A stretch of DNA of 64,000 bases. It comes from Candidatus Iainarchaeum sp. (lineage in GTDB: Archaea; Iainarchaeota; Iainarchaeia; Iainarchaeales; UBA10219). The stretch is from contig JAGVWE010000002.1 in assembly GCA_018304425.1 (NCBI GenBank), positions 160,001-224,000 on the forward strand, in the 5' to 3' direction. The notes under the pieces were generated by a model that saw only the letters and a program-made list of their open reading frames with translations, ran no database searches and was not told the origin of the DNA. Below are positions 29,242 through 37,071 of this stretch, in pieces. Made by a program: the position numbers and the translations under genes. Numbering within the stretch: the stretch's first letter is position 1; each line of letters opens with the position of its first letter.

Positions 29242-30203
29242 TGTAAATCGACGTCGATGAGGTCGGCAACCTGCACCCGATTCTTTATGAGGCCGGCATC
29301 AAAGAGGAAGTCAGCCTTGGCCTGGATGTCGTCGAGTTCTCTTTGGCCCAGGGCGGGCTGAAAGTCGTGCTTCGGCCAGGCTTCCCTGACGACCTCCAAG
29401 GGAAGGCCGAGTTCACCTGCGATGATTGACTGCGCTTGTTCCGGGTTATCGGCAATCCAGGACTGGGCGCGCCTGACTACCCCCAGCAAGTCGCGTGCAA
29501 GGCCCGGGTTTTCTTGGACGAAAGCGCCGCGCATGGCGACAATGCTTTGGATGAAGACGTCGCCGCCGGAAAGCGTGACGCCACGGCCTTCCACCACTTC
29601 CTGTTCAATCCAGGGTGGCCAGACCGCCCAGGCGTCAATCTGACCGGATTCAAAGGCTGCCTTGGCGTTGGGCGGGTTCATGTCCAGGAGCTCCACATCG
29701 GCCAGTGACAAGCCGCTTTGCTCAATCATCTTGACCACCCCATAATGGGAACTGGAACCGGAGAGGACCGCGACTTTCTTGCCGTGGAGGTCAGAGACCG
29801 AGCGGATGCCGCTTTCCTTTGGCACCACGACTTCCTGGACCAGGCTGACACCAACACCCTTAATGCGCACGTCAACGCCGGCCGCATAACCGATGATGGC
29901 AGGCGGTTCGGCTTCAAAGACTACGTCCAGGTTTTTGGTGGCAAGCGCTTCATTGATGGCGGGCAGCGATTGAAATTCCGTGTATTCAACGGTTTTGCCG
30001 TATTTGGAGGAAACTTCTTCAAACCAGCCCTGGTTCTTGGCCACGATGTAGGGAGCGTAATCGATGGCGCGGGAAAAAGTGCCGATGGACACGGTATCCC
30101 GACGCTGGGTTTCCGGTCCGGTCGGGCCGACGCAGCCGAAGAGCAACAACAAGAGGCCCAAGGCCAACAAAGTTTGTGCACACAGGCGAGGATTTCGCGA
30201 CAT
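29238..30203 (-). CDS. ssuA: ABC substrate-binding lipoprotein, SsuA/TauA/NMT1 family
   Basis: Lipobox LLFGC; DL.GKKVA..GSSSH, AAF.SG.IDAWA.W.P. Confidence 0.88.
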   Translation of the reverse strand: MSRNPRLCAQTLLALGLLLLLFGCVGPTGPETQRRDTVSIGTFSRAIDYAPYIVAKNQGWFEEVSSKYGKTVEYTEFQSLPAINEALATKNLDVVFEAEPPAIIGYAAGVDVRIKGVGVSLVQEVVVPKESGIRSVSDLHGKKVAVLSGSSSHYGVVKMIEQSGLSLADVELLDMNPPNAKAAFESGQIDAWAVWPPWIEQEVVEGRGVTLSGGDVFIQSIVAMRGAFVQENPGLARDLLGVVRRAQSWIADNPEQAQSIIAGELGLPLEVVREAWPKHDFQPALGQRELDDIQAKADFLFDAGLIKNRVQVADLIDVDLQ

Positions 30204-30560
30204 TCAGGACACCAGCCAACTCCCGATGAGAAACGCGCCGACCAATATCGGGACGTGGTACTTCTCGAAGCGCGTGTTCTTGTCCAACACCAACAAGCCC
30301 AAATTGAACAGGCCGAATTCAAGGAAGGGCGCGCTTTTCCAGCCCATGAGCGACAGCATCCCCAGCAGCCCCCACAACAGGAGCATGAACGGAACAAACC
30401 GGGACAAGAGCTGCTTGTCGCCAGACAGCATGCCGAACAACACCAGCAGCAGGAACGCCAACGCCAGGTTTCCCATGACCAGGTTGATGAAAAACCCCAG
30501 GTTCAAGGTCAAGGCGTTTGCCAATGCTTCAAACAAGATGAAACCCATGATATCACCCAT
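30204..30560 (-). CDS. Small multi-TM protein (paralog A of a local three-member family)
   Basis: 118 aa, hydrophobic; C-terminal NTRFEKYHVPILVGAFLIGSWLVS; stop directly abuts the ssuA ATG. Confidence 0.75.
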   Translation of the reverse strand: MGDIMGFILFEALANALTLNLGFFINLVMGNLALAFLLLVLFGMLSGDKQLLSRFVPFMLLLWGLLGMLSLMGWKSAPFLEFGLFNLGLLVLDKNTRFEKYHVPILVGAFLIGSWLVS

Positions 30561-30601
30561 TCACTATACAGGATGGTGCCTTGGAAGCTTATCTAATAAT
30601 G

Positions 30602-30619
30602 TGGTGTTGTACAACACCA
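30602..30619. promoter_or_regulatory. Perfect 18-bp palindrome, probable TrmB-family operator
   Basis: TGGTGTTGT|ACAACACCA between divergent AT-rich promoters. Confidence 0.7.
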
Positions 30620-30653
30620 TAACTTAATAAGAAGCTTGGGGGCATGAACGTGC

Positions 30654-31409
30654 ATGGACCTGACAGGCCTCAAGGAACTGGGCTGGAGCGAGGGCGAAGT
30701 CCGGGTGTACGCCGCGGTCCTCGAGTCCGGTATCGGTTCCCTGAACAAAATCCAGGAAAAGACGGGCATCGAGCGGAGAAACATCTATGACATATTGAAC
30801 AAGCTGATTGAGAAGGGGTTCGTGAGCTACACGCTGGAAAAGGGGAAAAAAACCTACCAATGCATCCACCCGGGAAAAATCCGGGAAGAAATCAGGCGGC
30901 GGACGACCGCGCTCCGGAAGCTGGAGGAAAAAATCCCCGAAGTCGAAGACCTGTTTGCCGCGCATAAGCCCAGCATCCGGGCCGAAGTCTACCGGGGTAA
31001 CGAAGGAATAAAGGCCTTGCTCGAAGAAGTCCTGGAATACGGGGAGTCCTACTGGATGGGCGGGAACAGTTTCGAGGATTACCAGGCCGTGCCAAAAGGG
31101 CTGCAAATCTGGTGGGAGAACTGGATGAAGCGCAGAGCCCAAGCCAAGCACCTCATGCACGACCTGGTCAGCTACGGCACCCACTTGAAGGGGCTGAAGC
31201 CCGGCGACGTCGAGGAACAAAAAAAGCAGTGCTACAAGTACTGCGCGCTGCCGAAGGGCCTCTACACCCCGATGGTCCTCATCGTTTTCGGCGACCGGGT
31301 GGCGCAGGTGCTTTGGAGCGCGCAGTCCTTCGCGTTTGTCCTCGAATCGGAGAAGATGCGGGACAGCTACCTGAAATACTTCAAGTACTTCTGGAAGGCG
31401 CCCTGGTAG
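30654..31409 (+). CDS. TrmB family transcriptional regulator
   Basis: L.ELG.SE.E..VY.A.L..G, TGI.R.NIYDIL.KL.EKGFV, A.VY.G.EGIK, I.GDRVA...W. Confidence 0.9.
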   Translation: MDLTGLKELGWSEGEVRVYAAVLESGIGSLNKIQEKTGIERRNIYDILNKLIEKGFVSYTLEKGKKTYQCIHPGKIREEIRRRTTALRKLEEKIPEVEDLFAAHKPSIRAEVYRGNEGIKALLEEVLEYGESYWMGGNSFEDYQAVPKGLQIWWENWMKRRAQAKHLMHDLVSYGTHLKGLKPGDVEEQKKQCYKYCALPKGLYTPMVLIVFGDRVAQVLWSAQSFAFVLESEKMRDSYLKYFKYFWKAPW

Positions 31410-31485
31410 CTGGTGCTTTCCCCGCCTGCCCGCTTGCCCCCGCCAGGGGGTCAGAGCGCCTGCCCCGCTAGGGGGCCCGCCCCGG

Positions 31486-31845
31486 TTAAGGGGTAATCAG
31501 CCAGCTCAGCGTAAAGTAGATGATGGCCACCAGCGGGAACTGGTATTTCTTCAGGCGCGTGCCCGCAATCAGGATGACGGTGCCGAACAGGGCCACATTC
31601 CACAAGAAGAATTGCTCTTGGTGGAACAACTTCCAGCCGGCCACTGCGGCGACGTCGAGCACCGCGTAGAGGACGAACGCGTACCAGATGAACTTGGGGA
31701 TGCTCTCCCGATAGCTCTTGTAATCAAACCAGACCCAGGCAAACAAGAAAAACATCACAACCAGGGGGAGGAACTCGAGGAGTAGGTCATCCGCCACCCA
31801 GGAAAAGTCCAGGCCCACCACGTGGCTGAGCAGGCGCATCAGCAT
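31486..31845 (-). CDS. Small multi-TM protein (paralog B)
   Basis: MLMRLLSHVVGLDFSWVADDLL...AGTRLKKY...SWLITP; GGAGG SD upstream. Confidence 0.8.
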   Translation of the reverse strand: MLMRLLSHVVGLDFSWVADDLLLEFLPLVVMFFLFAWVWFDYKSYRESIPKFIWYAFVLYAVLDVAAVAGWKLFHQEQFFLWNVALFGTVILIAGTRLKKYQFPLVAIIYFTLSWLITP

Positions 31846-31872
31846 GCGGGAACCGCCTCCCAAGTAGCGCCA

Positions 31873-31967
31873 TTCGCAAACCTTTCGTAAAAAGAGCGAG
31901 GCCGAAAGGCCGAGCAAGGCCTATGCGCAGCATAGGCCGTTTTCGCAAACCTTTTGTAAAAAGGTTT
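31873..31967. repeat. Hairpin-rich element bounded by 22-bp direct repeats
   Basis: TTCGCAAACCTTT(C/T)GTAAAAAG at 31873-31894 and 31942-31963; internal hairpins GGCC-GAAA-GGCC and GGCCTATGC-GCA-GCATAGGCC. Confidence 0.75.
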
Positions 31968-31971
31968 CATG

Positions 31972-32328
31972 TCAGGTCACCAGCCAGCTCCCGATGAAGA
32001 AAACCATCAAGATTATCACGGTGGTGTGCTTGTGAAGGCGCGTGCCCGCAAGCAGGGTTCCGATGCCGAGCTGGAACACGAAGAACTCCAGGGTAAACGA
32101 GTGCGTGAGAGGCTTCCAGCCCATGAGCTGCAAAACGTCCAGCACGGCCCACAAGAAGAGGAAGACCATCGTGAAACGGTAGAGGCCGCTCCGGAATCCC
32201 TTGTAGTCGTCGAAGATCCAGAAAAAGAAGAACGAAAACGCCGCCATGGCAAGGAAGTCAAGCAGCAAATCATTGGCTACCCAGGGAAGGTCGAGGCCGA
32301 CGAGGTGGCTGAGGAAACGCAGGAGCAT
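31972..32328 (-). CDS. Small multi-TM protein (paralog C)
   Basis: MLLRFLSHLVGLDLPWVANDLL...AGTRLHKH...IGSWLVT. Confidence 0.8.
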   Translation of the reverse strand: MLLRFLSHLVGLDLPWVANDLLLDFLAMAAFSFFFFWIFDDYKGFRSGLYRFTMVFLFLWAVLDVLQLMGWKPLTHSFTLEFFVFQLGIGTLLAGTRLHKHTTVIILMVFFIGSWLVT

Positions 32329-32390
32329 GCGGAAACGCCTATATATAATGCACCCAAAGCAGTATATAAAGGTTATTCACTTTTTAACTT

Positions 32391-32828
32391 CTATAAGTTA
32401 ACGTTATTTGTCGGGTTTGGGGGGCTGAATGCCTTTTGGCGCCGGATTTTGCCGCGCAAAACCCCTTCAAATGGCAGTTTAAGGGACTTTAACGTGTTTT
32501 GGAGGGAAAAGTCGTCGGATAGGGTGGTGAAGGGCTTGCCTTCACCAGCCAGGTCCAGGGCCACGGCCACAACATCCAGGTCGGCTGCCGAAAGGCGCGT
32601 GCCCAAAGCCCTTGCCCGGGCTTTGGCGCTTTCAAGCGAGGCCTGGGAAGGGGAGTGGAGGCGAAGCAAGCCGGATTGGAGGGCACTCTGCACGAGCTCC
32701 CGTGAACGCAGGTCCAGGCACTCGTCCGCGGCCTTGGGCGGCATCAGGTACTCGTTGCCGGGCTGGAACGAGAAATCAAAGCAGTTGAGGATGGCACTGG
32801 AATCAAGGAGGTAGCGCGTGGAAAGCAC
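32391..32828 (-). CDS. nob1: Nob1-type PIN endonuclease without the C-terminal Zn ribbon
   Basis: YLLDSSA, LS.AD..V.A.A, SDDFSLQN.L..L. Confidence 0.82.
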   Translation of the reverse strand: MLSTRYLLDSSAILNCFDFSFQPGNEYLMPPKAADECLDLRSRELVQSALQSGLLRLHSPSQASLESAKARARALGTRLSAADLDVVAVALDLAGEGKPFTTLSDDFSLQNTLKSLKLPFEGVLRGKIRRQKAFSPPNPTNNVNL

Positions 32829-32871
32829 CTTTATAATTAATTAGGGGATTGGGTATATTAAAGTTGGTTGC

Positions 32872-34344
32872 ATGCCGGAATTGAAGGAAATCGTGCGGGG
32901 CTTGAGCGACATCGAACGGAAGAGCCTGGCCTCCCTCCACGATGAGAGCGCGATTGGCGCCGAAGAACTCGCGGAAAAAGCCAACCTCCAGGTGGACAGT
33001 GTGAGGCGCGCCCTGCAGTGGCTGCACGAAAAGGGTCTCGCCGAAATCAGGGAGACGCGCAAGGAATGCTGGATGCTGACCCGGAAAGGCGCGGAAGCCC
33101 TGGAAAAAGGGCTGCCCGAAAAGCGCTTGGCCGAAAAATGCTCGCAACTCGCCCGGCACGGCAAGGAAATCACGCTCGACGACCTCAAAAAAGAGTTCGG
33201 CGAAGAAATGAGCCCCGCGCTCGGCACCGCCAAGAAACTCAACTGGCTGTCGCTGGGAAAAACCATCCAGTTCAACGACGAAATCTTCCACGCCAGCCGG
33301 AAACTGCTGGAAGACAAGCAAGCCTACCTGAAGACGGTCTCACTGTGCTGCCAGGTCGCGGAACCCGTGCCGGCCGGCGGCGAAACCTTCGAAGAATTCA
33401 GGCGGCGCGGCCTGATAGAACGCAAGGAAAACGTTACGCGCGTGGCCACCATCACCGAGCGGGGAAGGAAGGCCCTCGCTTTGCCGGAATTCGCGAGCGG
33501 GCAACGCAAGTTCGTCATCGACGCGCCCGTGCCACGCATTTACCCCGGCAAGCGGCAGCCCTATGTTCAGTTCATCAACCAGGTCAAGCGATGGCTGACC
33601 GCGAATGGCTTCAAGGAAGTGCCTTCTCCGTTGATCACCCAGGAGTTCTACAACTTCGACGTGCTGTTCCAGCCCCAGAACCACCCCGCGAGGACGTGGT
33701 CGGACACCTACCAGTTGAAGCGGCCCACGCACGGAAGGCTGCCTGACAAGAAAATCGTGGAAGCCGTCCGCGTGGCGCATGAACGCGGGGGGAAATCCGG
33801 TTCCAAGGGCTGGGGCCATGCCTGGAGCGAGGAAATCGCGCGGAAAGTCATGCCGGCCTCGCACTGCACGGCGCACGATGCCCGGCAATGGGTGAAAGAC
33901 ATCAAGCCAGGCAAGTATTTCTCGTTGAACCGCGTCTACCGCCCGGACGTGCTGGACGCCAAGCACCTCATCGAATTCAACCAACTGGATGGGTTCATCC
34001 TCGGGGAAGGCATCAACTTCCGCCACCAGCTCGGCATCTTCCGCGACTTCGCCAGGGAAATAGCGGGCGCCACCGAAATCAAGTTCACGCCGGATTACTT
34101 TCCCTTCACGGAGCCCAGCGTGCAGCTCAGCTGCAAGCACCCCGAACTCGGCTGGATGGAGTTCGCCGGCGGCGGGTTCTCCAGGCCCGAGATACCGGCA
34201 AGCCTCGGCATCCAGGAGCCCTTGATCCTGTGGGGCATGGGCGTGGATAGGCTGGCCATGCTCAAGATGGGCGTCAACGACATTAGGCACTTGTTCAGCG
34301 ACGACTTGGAGTGGCTGCGGAACGCGCCCCCGGTGAAGGAGTAA
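32872..34344 (+). CDS. pheS: Phenylalanyl-tRNA synthetase alpha subunit (archaeal type)
   Basis: NFDVLFQPQNHPAR...DT, RVYRPD..DAKHL.EF.Q, YFPFTEPS, WGMGVDRLAM. Confidence 0.97.
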   Translation: MPELKEIVRGLSDIERKSLASLHDESAIGAEELAEKANLQVDSVRRALQWLHEKGLAEIRETRKECWMLTRKGAEALEKGLPEKRLAEKCSQLARHGKEITLDDLKKEFGEEMSPALGTAKKLNWLSLGKTIQFNDEIFHASRKLLEDKQAYLKTVSLCCQVAEPVPAGGETFEEFRRRGLIERKENVTRVATITERGRKALALPEFASGQRKFVIDAPVPRIYPGKRQPYVQFINQVKRWLTANGFKEVPSPLITQEFYNFDVLFQPQNHPARTWSDTYQLKRPTHGRLPDKKIVEAVRVAHERGGKSGSKGWGHAWSEEIARKVMPASHCTAHDARQWVKDIKPGKYFSLNRVYRPDVLDAKHLIEFNQLDGFILGEGINFRHQLGIFRDFAREIAGATEIKFTPDYFPFTEPSVQLSCKHPELGWMEFAGGGFSRPEIPASLGIQEPLILWGMGVDRLAMLKMGVNDIRHLFSDDLEWLRNAPPVKE

Positions 34345-34348
34345 AAGC

Positions 34349-35995
34349 ATGCCCATCATTGACGCAAGCCTGAAGGACCTGAACCAGTTGCTGGGAAAAA
34401 AGCTCTCCGCCAAGGAACTCGAGCAAAGGCTGCACTTCGCCAAATGCGAGCTGGAGGCCAGCGACGGCGACCAGATAAAGATTGAAGTCAAGGACAGCAA
34501 CCGCCCGGATTTGTGGAGCGCGGAAGGCGTTGCACGGGAACTAAGGGGCAAGCTCGGCCTCCGAAAGGGGATGCCCCAAGCCCGGTTCAAGGACTCGAAA
34601 CACGAAGTCATCGCCCACGACAACGTGCTCGTTTACCGGCCCGGCATCGCCTGCGCGGTGGTCAAGGGACTGAAGGTTTCGGAGCCCCTGTTGCTGCAAT
34701 TGATCCAGTTGCAGGAGAAAATCACGCACACGTTCGGCCGCAAAAGGGAAATGGTTTCCATCGGCTTGTACGAGTTCGAAAAGCTGAAGCCCCCCATCCA
34801 CTACAAGGGCGTGGCCCCCGAAAGCGTGAAGTTCGTGCCCCTGGACTTCAAGCGGGAAATGAACCTGCGCGAGATCCTCGCCGAACACCCCAAGGGAAAA
34901 GAGTTCGGGAACCTCATCGCCGGGCACAAGGTGTGGCCCATCCTCTGCGATGACGCGGGAAAGATTTGCTCCCTGGTGCCCATCATCAACTCGGAACTCA
35001 CGGGCCGCGTCAAGGAAGGCACGGGGACCCTGTTGCTGGAGATGACGGGAACCGATGAACGCTTCGTGAACACCGCGATGAACGTGTTCTGCATGGCCTT
35101 GCAGGACCGAGGCGCGGCCATTGAACGCATGGCGGTCGTGAAAAACAAGAAAAAGACGTGGTTACCCGACTATGCGCCGGGAAAAATGTCGGTGGCGCTG
35201 GCGTACGTGAACCAGGTGGCCGGCATGGCCTTCACCGCCAAGGAAGTGGCGGGGCTACTGGAAAAAGCCCAGTACAACGCGAAAGCCAGGGAAAAAACCA
35301 TTGAAGTCGAATACCCGGCCTACCGCCAGGACCTACTCCACCCCATCGACGTGGTCGAGGACGCGCTGATTGCCTACGGCTACGACAAACTCCTGCCTGA
35401 ATCGGTCACGCTAGCAACCAACGGGGAATTGACGCAGGAAACAAGGCAATGGGAGGCCATCCGCGAAGCCTGCATCGGCCTGGGCCTGCAAGAGATTCTC
35501 ACGTTCACCATGACATCCAAGGAAAAGCAGGCCGCGAAGATGGGCTATGCCGACGACGACTTCGTCGAGATAGCCAACTACGTTTCCACCAACTGGCAGG
35601 TGTTCCGCAAGCGGTTGCGGCCTGAACTGCTGGAGTTCCTGTCCAAGAACAAGGACGCCGAGTACCCGCAAAGGCTGTTCGAAGTCGGCCGCGTGCTGCG
35701 CCTGGACGAGAAAAGCGAGACGGGAGTGCGGGAGCCCACGCGGCTGTGCGTGGCCCTGGCGGACGCCAAAGCCAATTACACGCATATCAAGTCCGCGTTG
35801 GACGCGCTGGCCCACCAACTCGGTTTCTCCTACGAAGTCAGGGAAGAAAGGGACGCGGCCTTCGCCGAGGGAAGGCACGCCTGCATCCGGGTCAACGGCC
35901 AATGCAAGGGCGTACTCGGCGAGGTCAGCGACGAGGTGCTCGCCAAGTTCGGCTTGGAGACCAAGGTCGCGCTCCTGGAATTAGAGCTGGAGTAA
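34349..35995 (+). CDS. pheT: Phenylalanyl-tRNA synthetase beta subunit
   Basis: NRPDLWS.EG.AR, IQLQEK...TFGRKR, YR.D.LH.IDVVED, YPQRLFEVG. Confidence 0.97.
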   Translation: MPIIDASLKDLNQLLGKKLSAKELEQRLHFAKCELEASDGDQIKIEVKDSNRPDLWSAEGVARELRGKLGLRKGMPQARFKDSKHEVIAHDNVLVYRPGIACAVVKGLKVSEPLLLQLIQLQEKITHTFGRKREMVSIGLYEFEKLKPPIHYKGVAPESVKFVPLDFKREMNLREILAEHPKGKEFGNLIAGHKVWPILCDDAGKICSLVPIINSELTGRVKEGTGTLLLEMTGTDERFVNTAMNVFCMALQDRGAAIERMAVVKNKKKTWLPDYAPGKMSVALAYVNQVAGMAFTAKEVAGLLEKAQYNAKAREKTIEVEYPAYRQDLLHPIDVVEDALIAYGYDKLLPESVTLATNGELTQETRQWEAIREACIGLGLQEILTFTMTSKEKQAAKMGYADDDFVEIANYVSTNWQVFRKRLRPELLEFLSKNKDAEYPQRLFEVGRVLRLDEKSETGVREPTRLCVALADAKANYTHIKSALDALAHQLGFSYEVREERDAAFAEGRHACIRVNGQCKGVLGEVSDEVLAKFGLETKVALLELELE

Positions 35996-36005
35996 CGTGA
36001 GGCCG

Positions 36006-36515
36006 ATGAGAATACGCATCCAAGAACGGCTCTTATCCCGAAAAAGAAGAAGACCACCTGCCCAGGCCCATGAGAAACGACGGCCCTCGTTTTCCGTGTA
36101 CGCCACTCAACTCAGGGGAGAGGACAAGAAAGCGGTCGACGCCTGCGTCCGGCTCCTCAAGCAACAGCTCAATGGCGGCGTTTTCGCGGTCACGGGCACG
36201 GTCTTAGCTCCCGCTTTTCCAAAAGTAGCTCAATGGATTACGGAAAAGATGAACCTGCCTGAAAGCGACTCCCGCATGGCGATTGCCGCGCCCCTGATTG
36301 TCGCAGGCTTCGGTGCCTACCAGTACATCAGGGCCAGCCGGCAACTCGCCCAAGCCTTCAGGAAGGCCGTGTTCAAAATCCAGACCTCGAATGACCCAAG
36401 GTTGTCAGAGTTGGCTGCCAAATCAAAGTATCTGACCATTACGCCGACCGGGCTAATCCTGGGCACCTCCTGGAAGCCATGGTTTCTTGCAGGGAAAACG
36501 AGGAAACTGGAATAA
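36006..36515 (+). CDS. Hypothetical protein with Arg-rich N-terminus and two hydrophobic segments
   Basis: ORF fills the gap after pheT; MRIRIQERLLSRKRRR. Confidence 0.6.
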   Translation: MRIRIQERLLSRKRRRPPAQAHEKRRPSFSVYATQLRGEDKKAVDACVRLLKQQLNGGVFAVTGTVLAPAFPKVAQWITEKMNLPESDSRMAIAAPLIVAGFGAYQYIRASRQLAQAFRKAVFKIQTSNDPRLSELAAKSKYLTITPTGLILGTSWKPWFLAGKTRKLE

Positions 36516-36562
36516 CTCAGCCGAACAACCGACCTGCCCCTTGGCGCTACACACCCAACACC

Positions 36563-36584
36563 TTTAAATATGTGTCCACACATA
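36563..36584 (+). promoter_or_regulatory. TATA box overlapped by an inverted repeat (probable antitoxin operator)
   Basis: TTTAAATA (36563-36570) followed by TATGTGT-CC-ACACATA (36569-36584), upstream of the TA pair. Confidence 0.65.
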
Positions 36585-36604
36585 ATACAAATAGGTGGTT
36601 TGTT

Positions 36605-36826
36605 TTGCCTAATATGACCCTCAGCATCCCGAAGCCCTTGCACGAAGAGATGAAAAAATACCCCGAATATAAGTGGAGCGAAGTCGCTCGAAAAGCCATC
36701 CAAGAGAAAATCGAGGCGGCACGGCTGGCCGATGACTTGAAGGCCATTGCTCAAGCGAAAAAGGAACTCCGGGAAGGGAAAACCGTTCCCCTCGAAAAGC
36801 TCGCCGAAGAACTGGGGTTGAAATGA
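36605..36826 (+). CDS. Ribbon-helix-helix antitoxin
   Basis: (M)PNMTLSIP..L..EMKKYPE.KWSEVARKAI; C-terminal E.REGKTVPLE.L..ELG; AGGTGG SD; ATGA overlap with the toxin. Confidence 0.85.
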   Translation: MPNMTLSIPKPLHEEMKKYPEYKWSEVARKAIQEKIEAARLADDLKAIAQAKKELREGKTVPLEKLAEELGLK

Positions 36827-37071
36827 CGTTCGTCGTCGAACTGTCCACAAAGGCTGCAGACCAGTTCCGGAAACTCGACAAACCAGTCCAAGAACAAATC
36901 CTGAAAAGACTGCGGCGATTGGCCGAAGACCCGGAACTCGCCAAGCCCTTGTCCCATGGACTCAAGAACAACCGCAGCGAACGAATCGGAAAACACCGTG
37001 TAGTATTCGCCATCGTTGGAAACAAATTAGCCGTCGCCAAAATCGAGCACCGTGACACGGTGTACGGCTAG
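36823..37071 (+). CDS. relE: RelE/ParE family toxin
   Basis: A..QFRKLD...Q..I.K.L..L.E.P...KPL...L...RS.RIG.HRVVF......V..I.HR..VY. Confidence 0.92.
   Translation: MTFVVELSTKAADQFRKLDKPVQEQILKRLRRLAEDPELAKPLSHGLKNNRSERIGKHRVVFAIVGNKLAVAKIEHRDTVYG

Noticed and set aside
31420-31480. GC-rich duplicated TGCCCC(C)GC(C/T)AGGGGG between convergent genes
   Set aside because: Short and low complexity; not enough evidence for a defined element.
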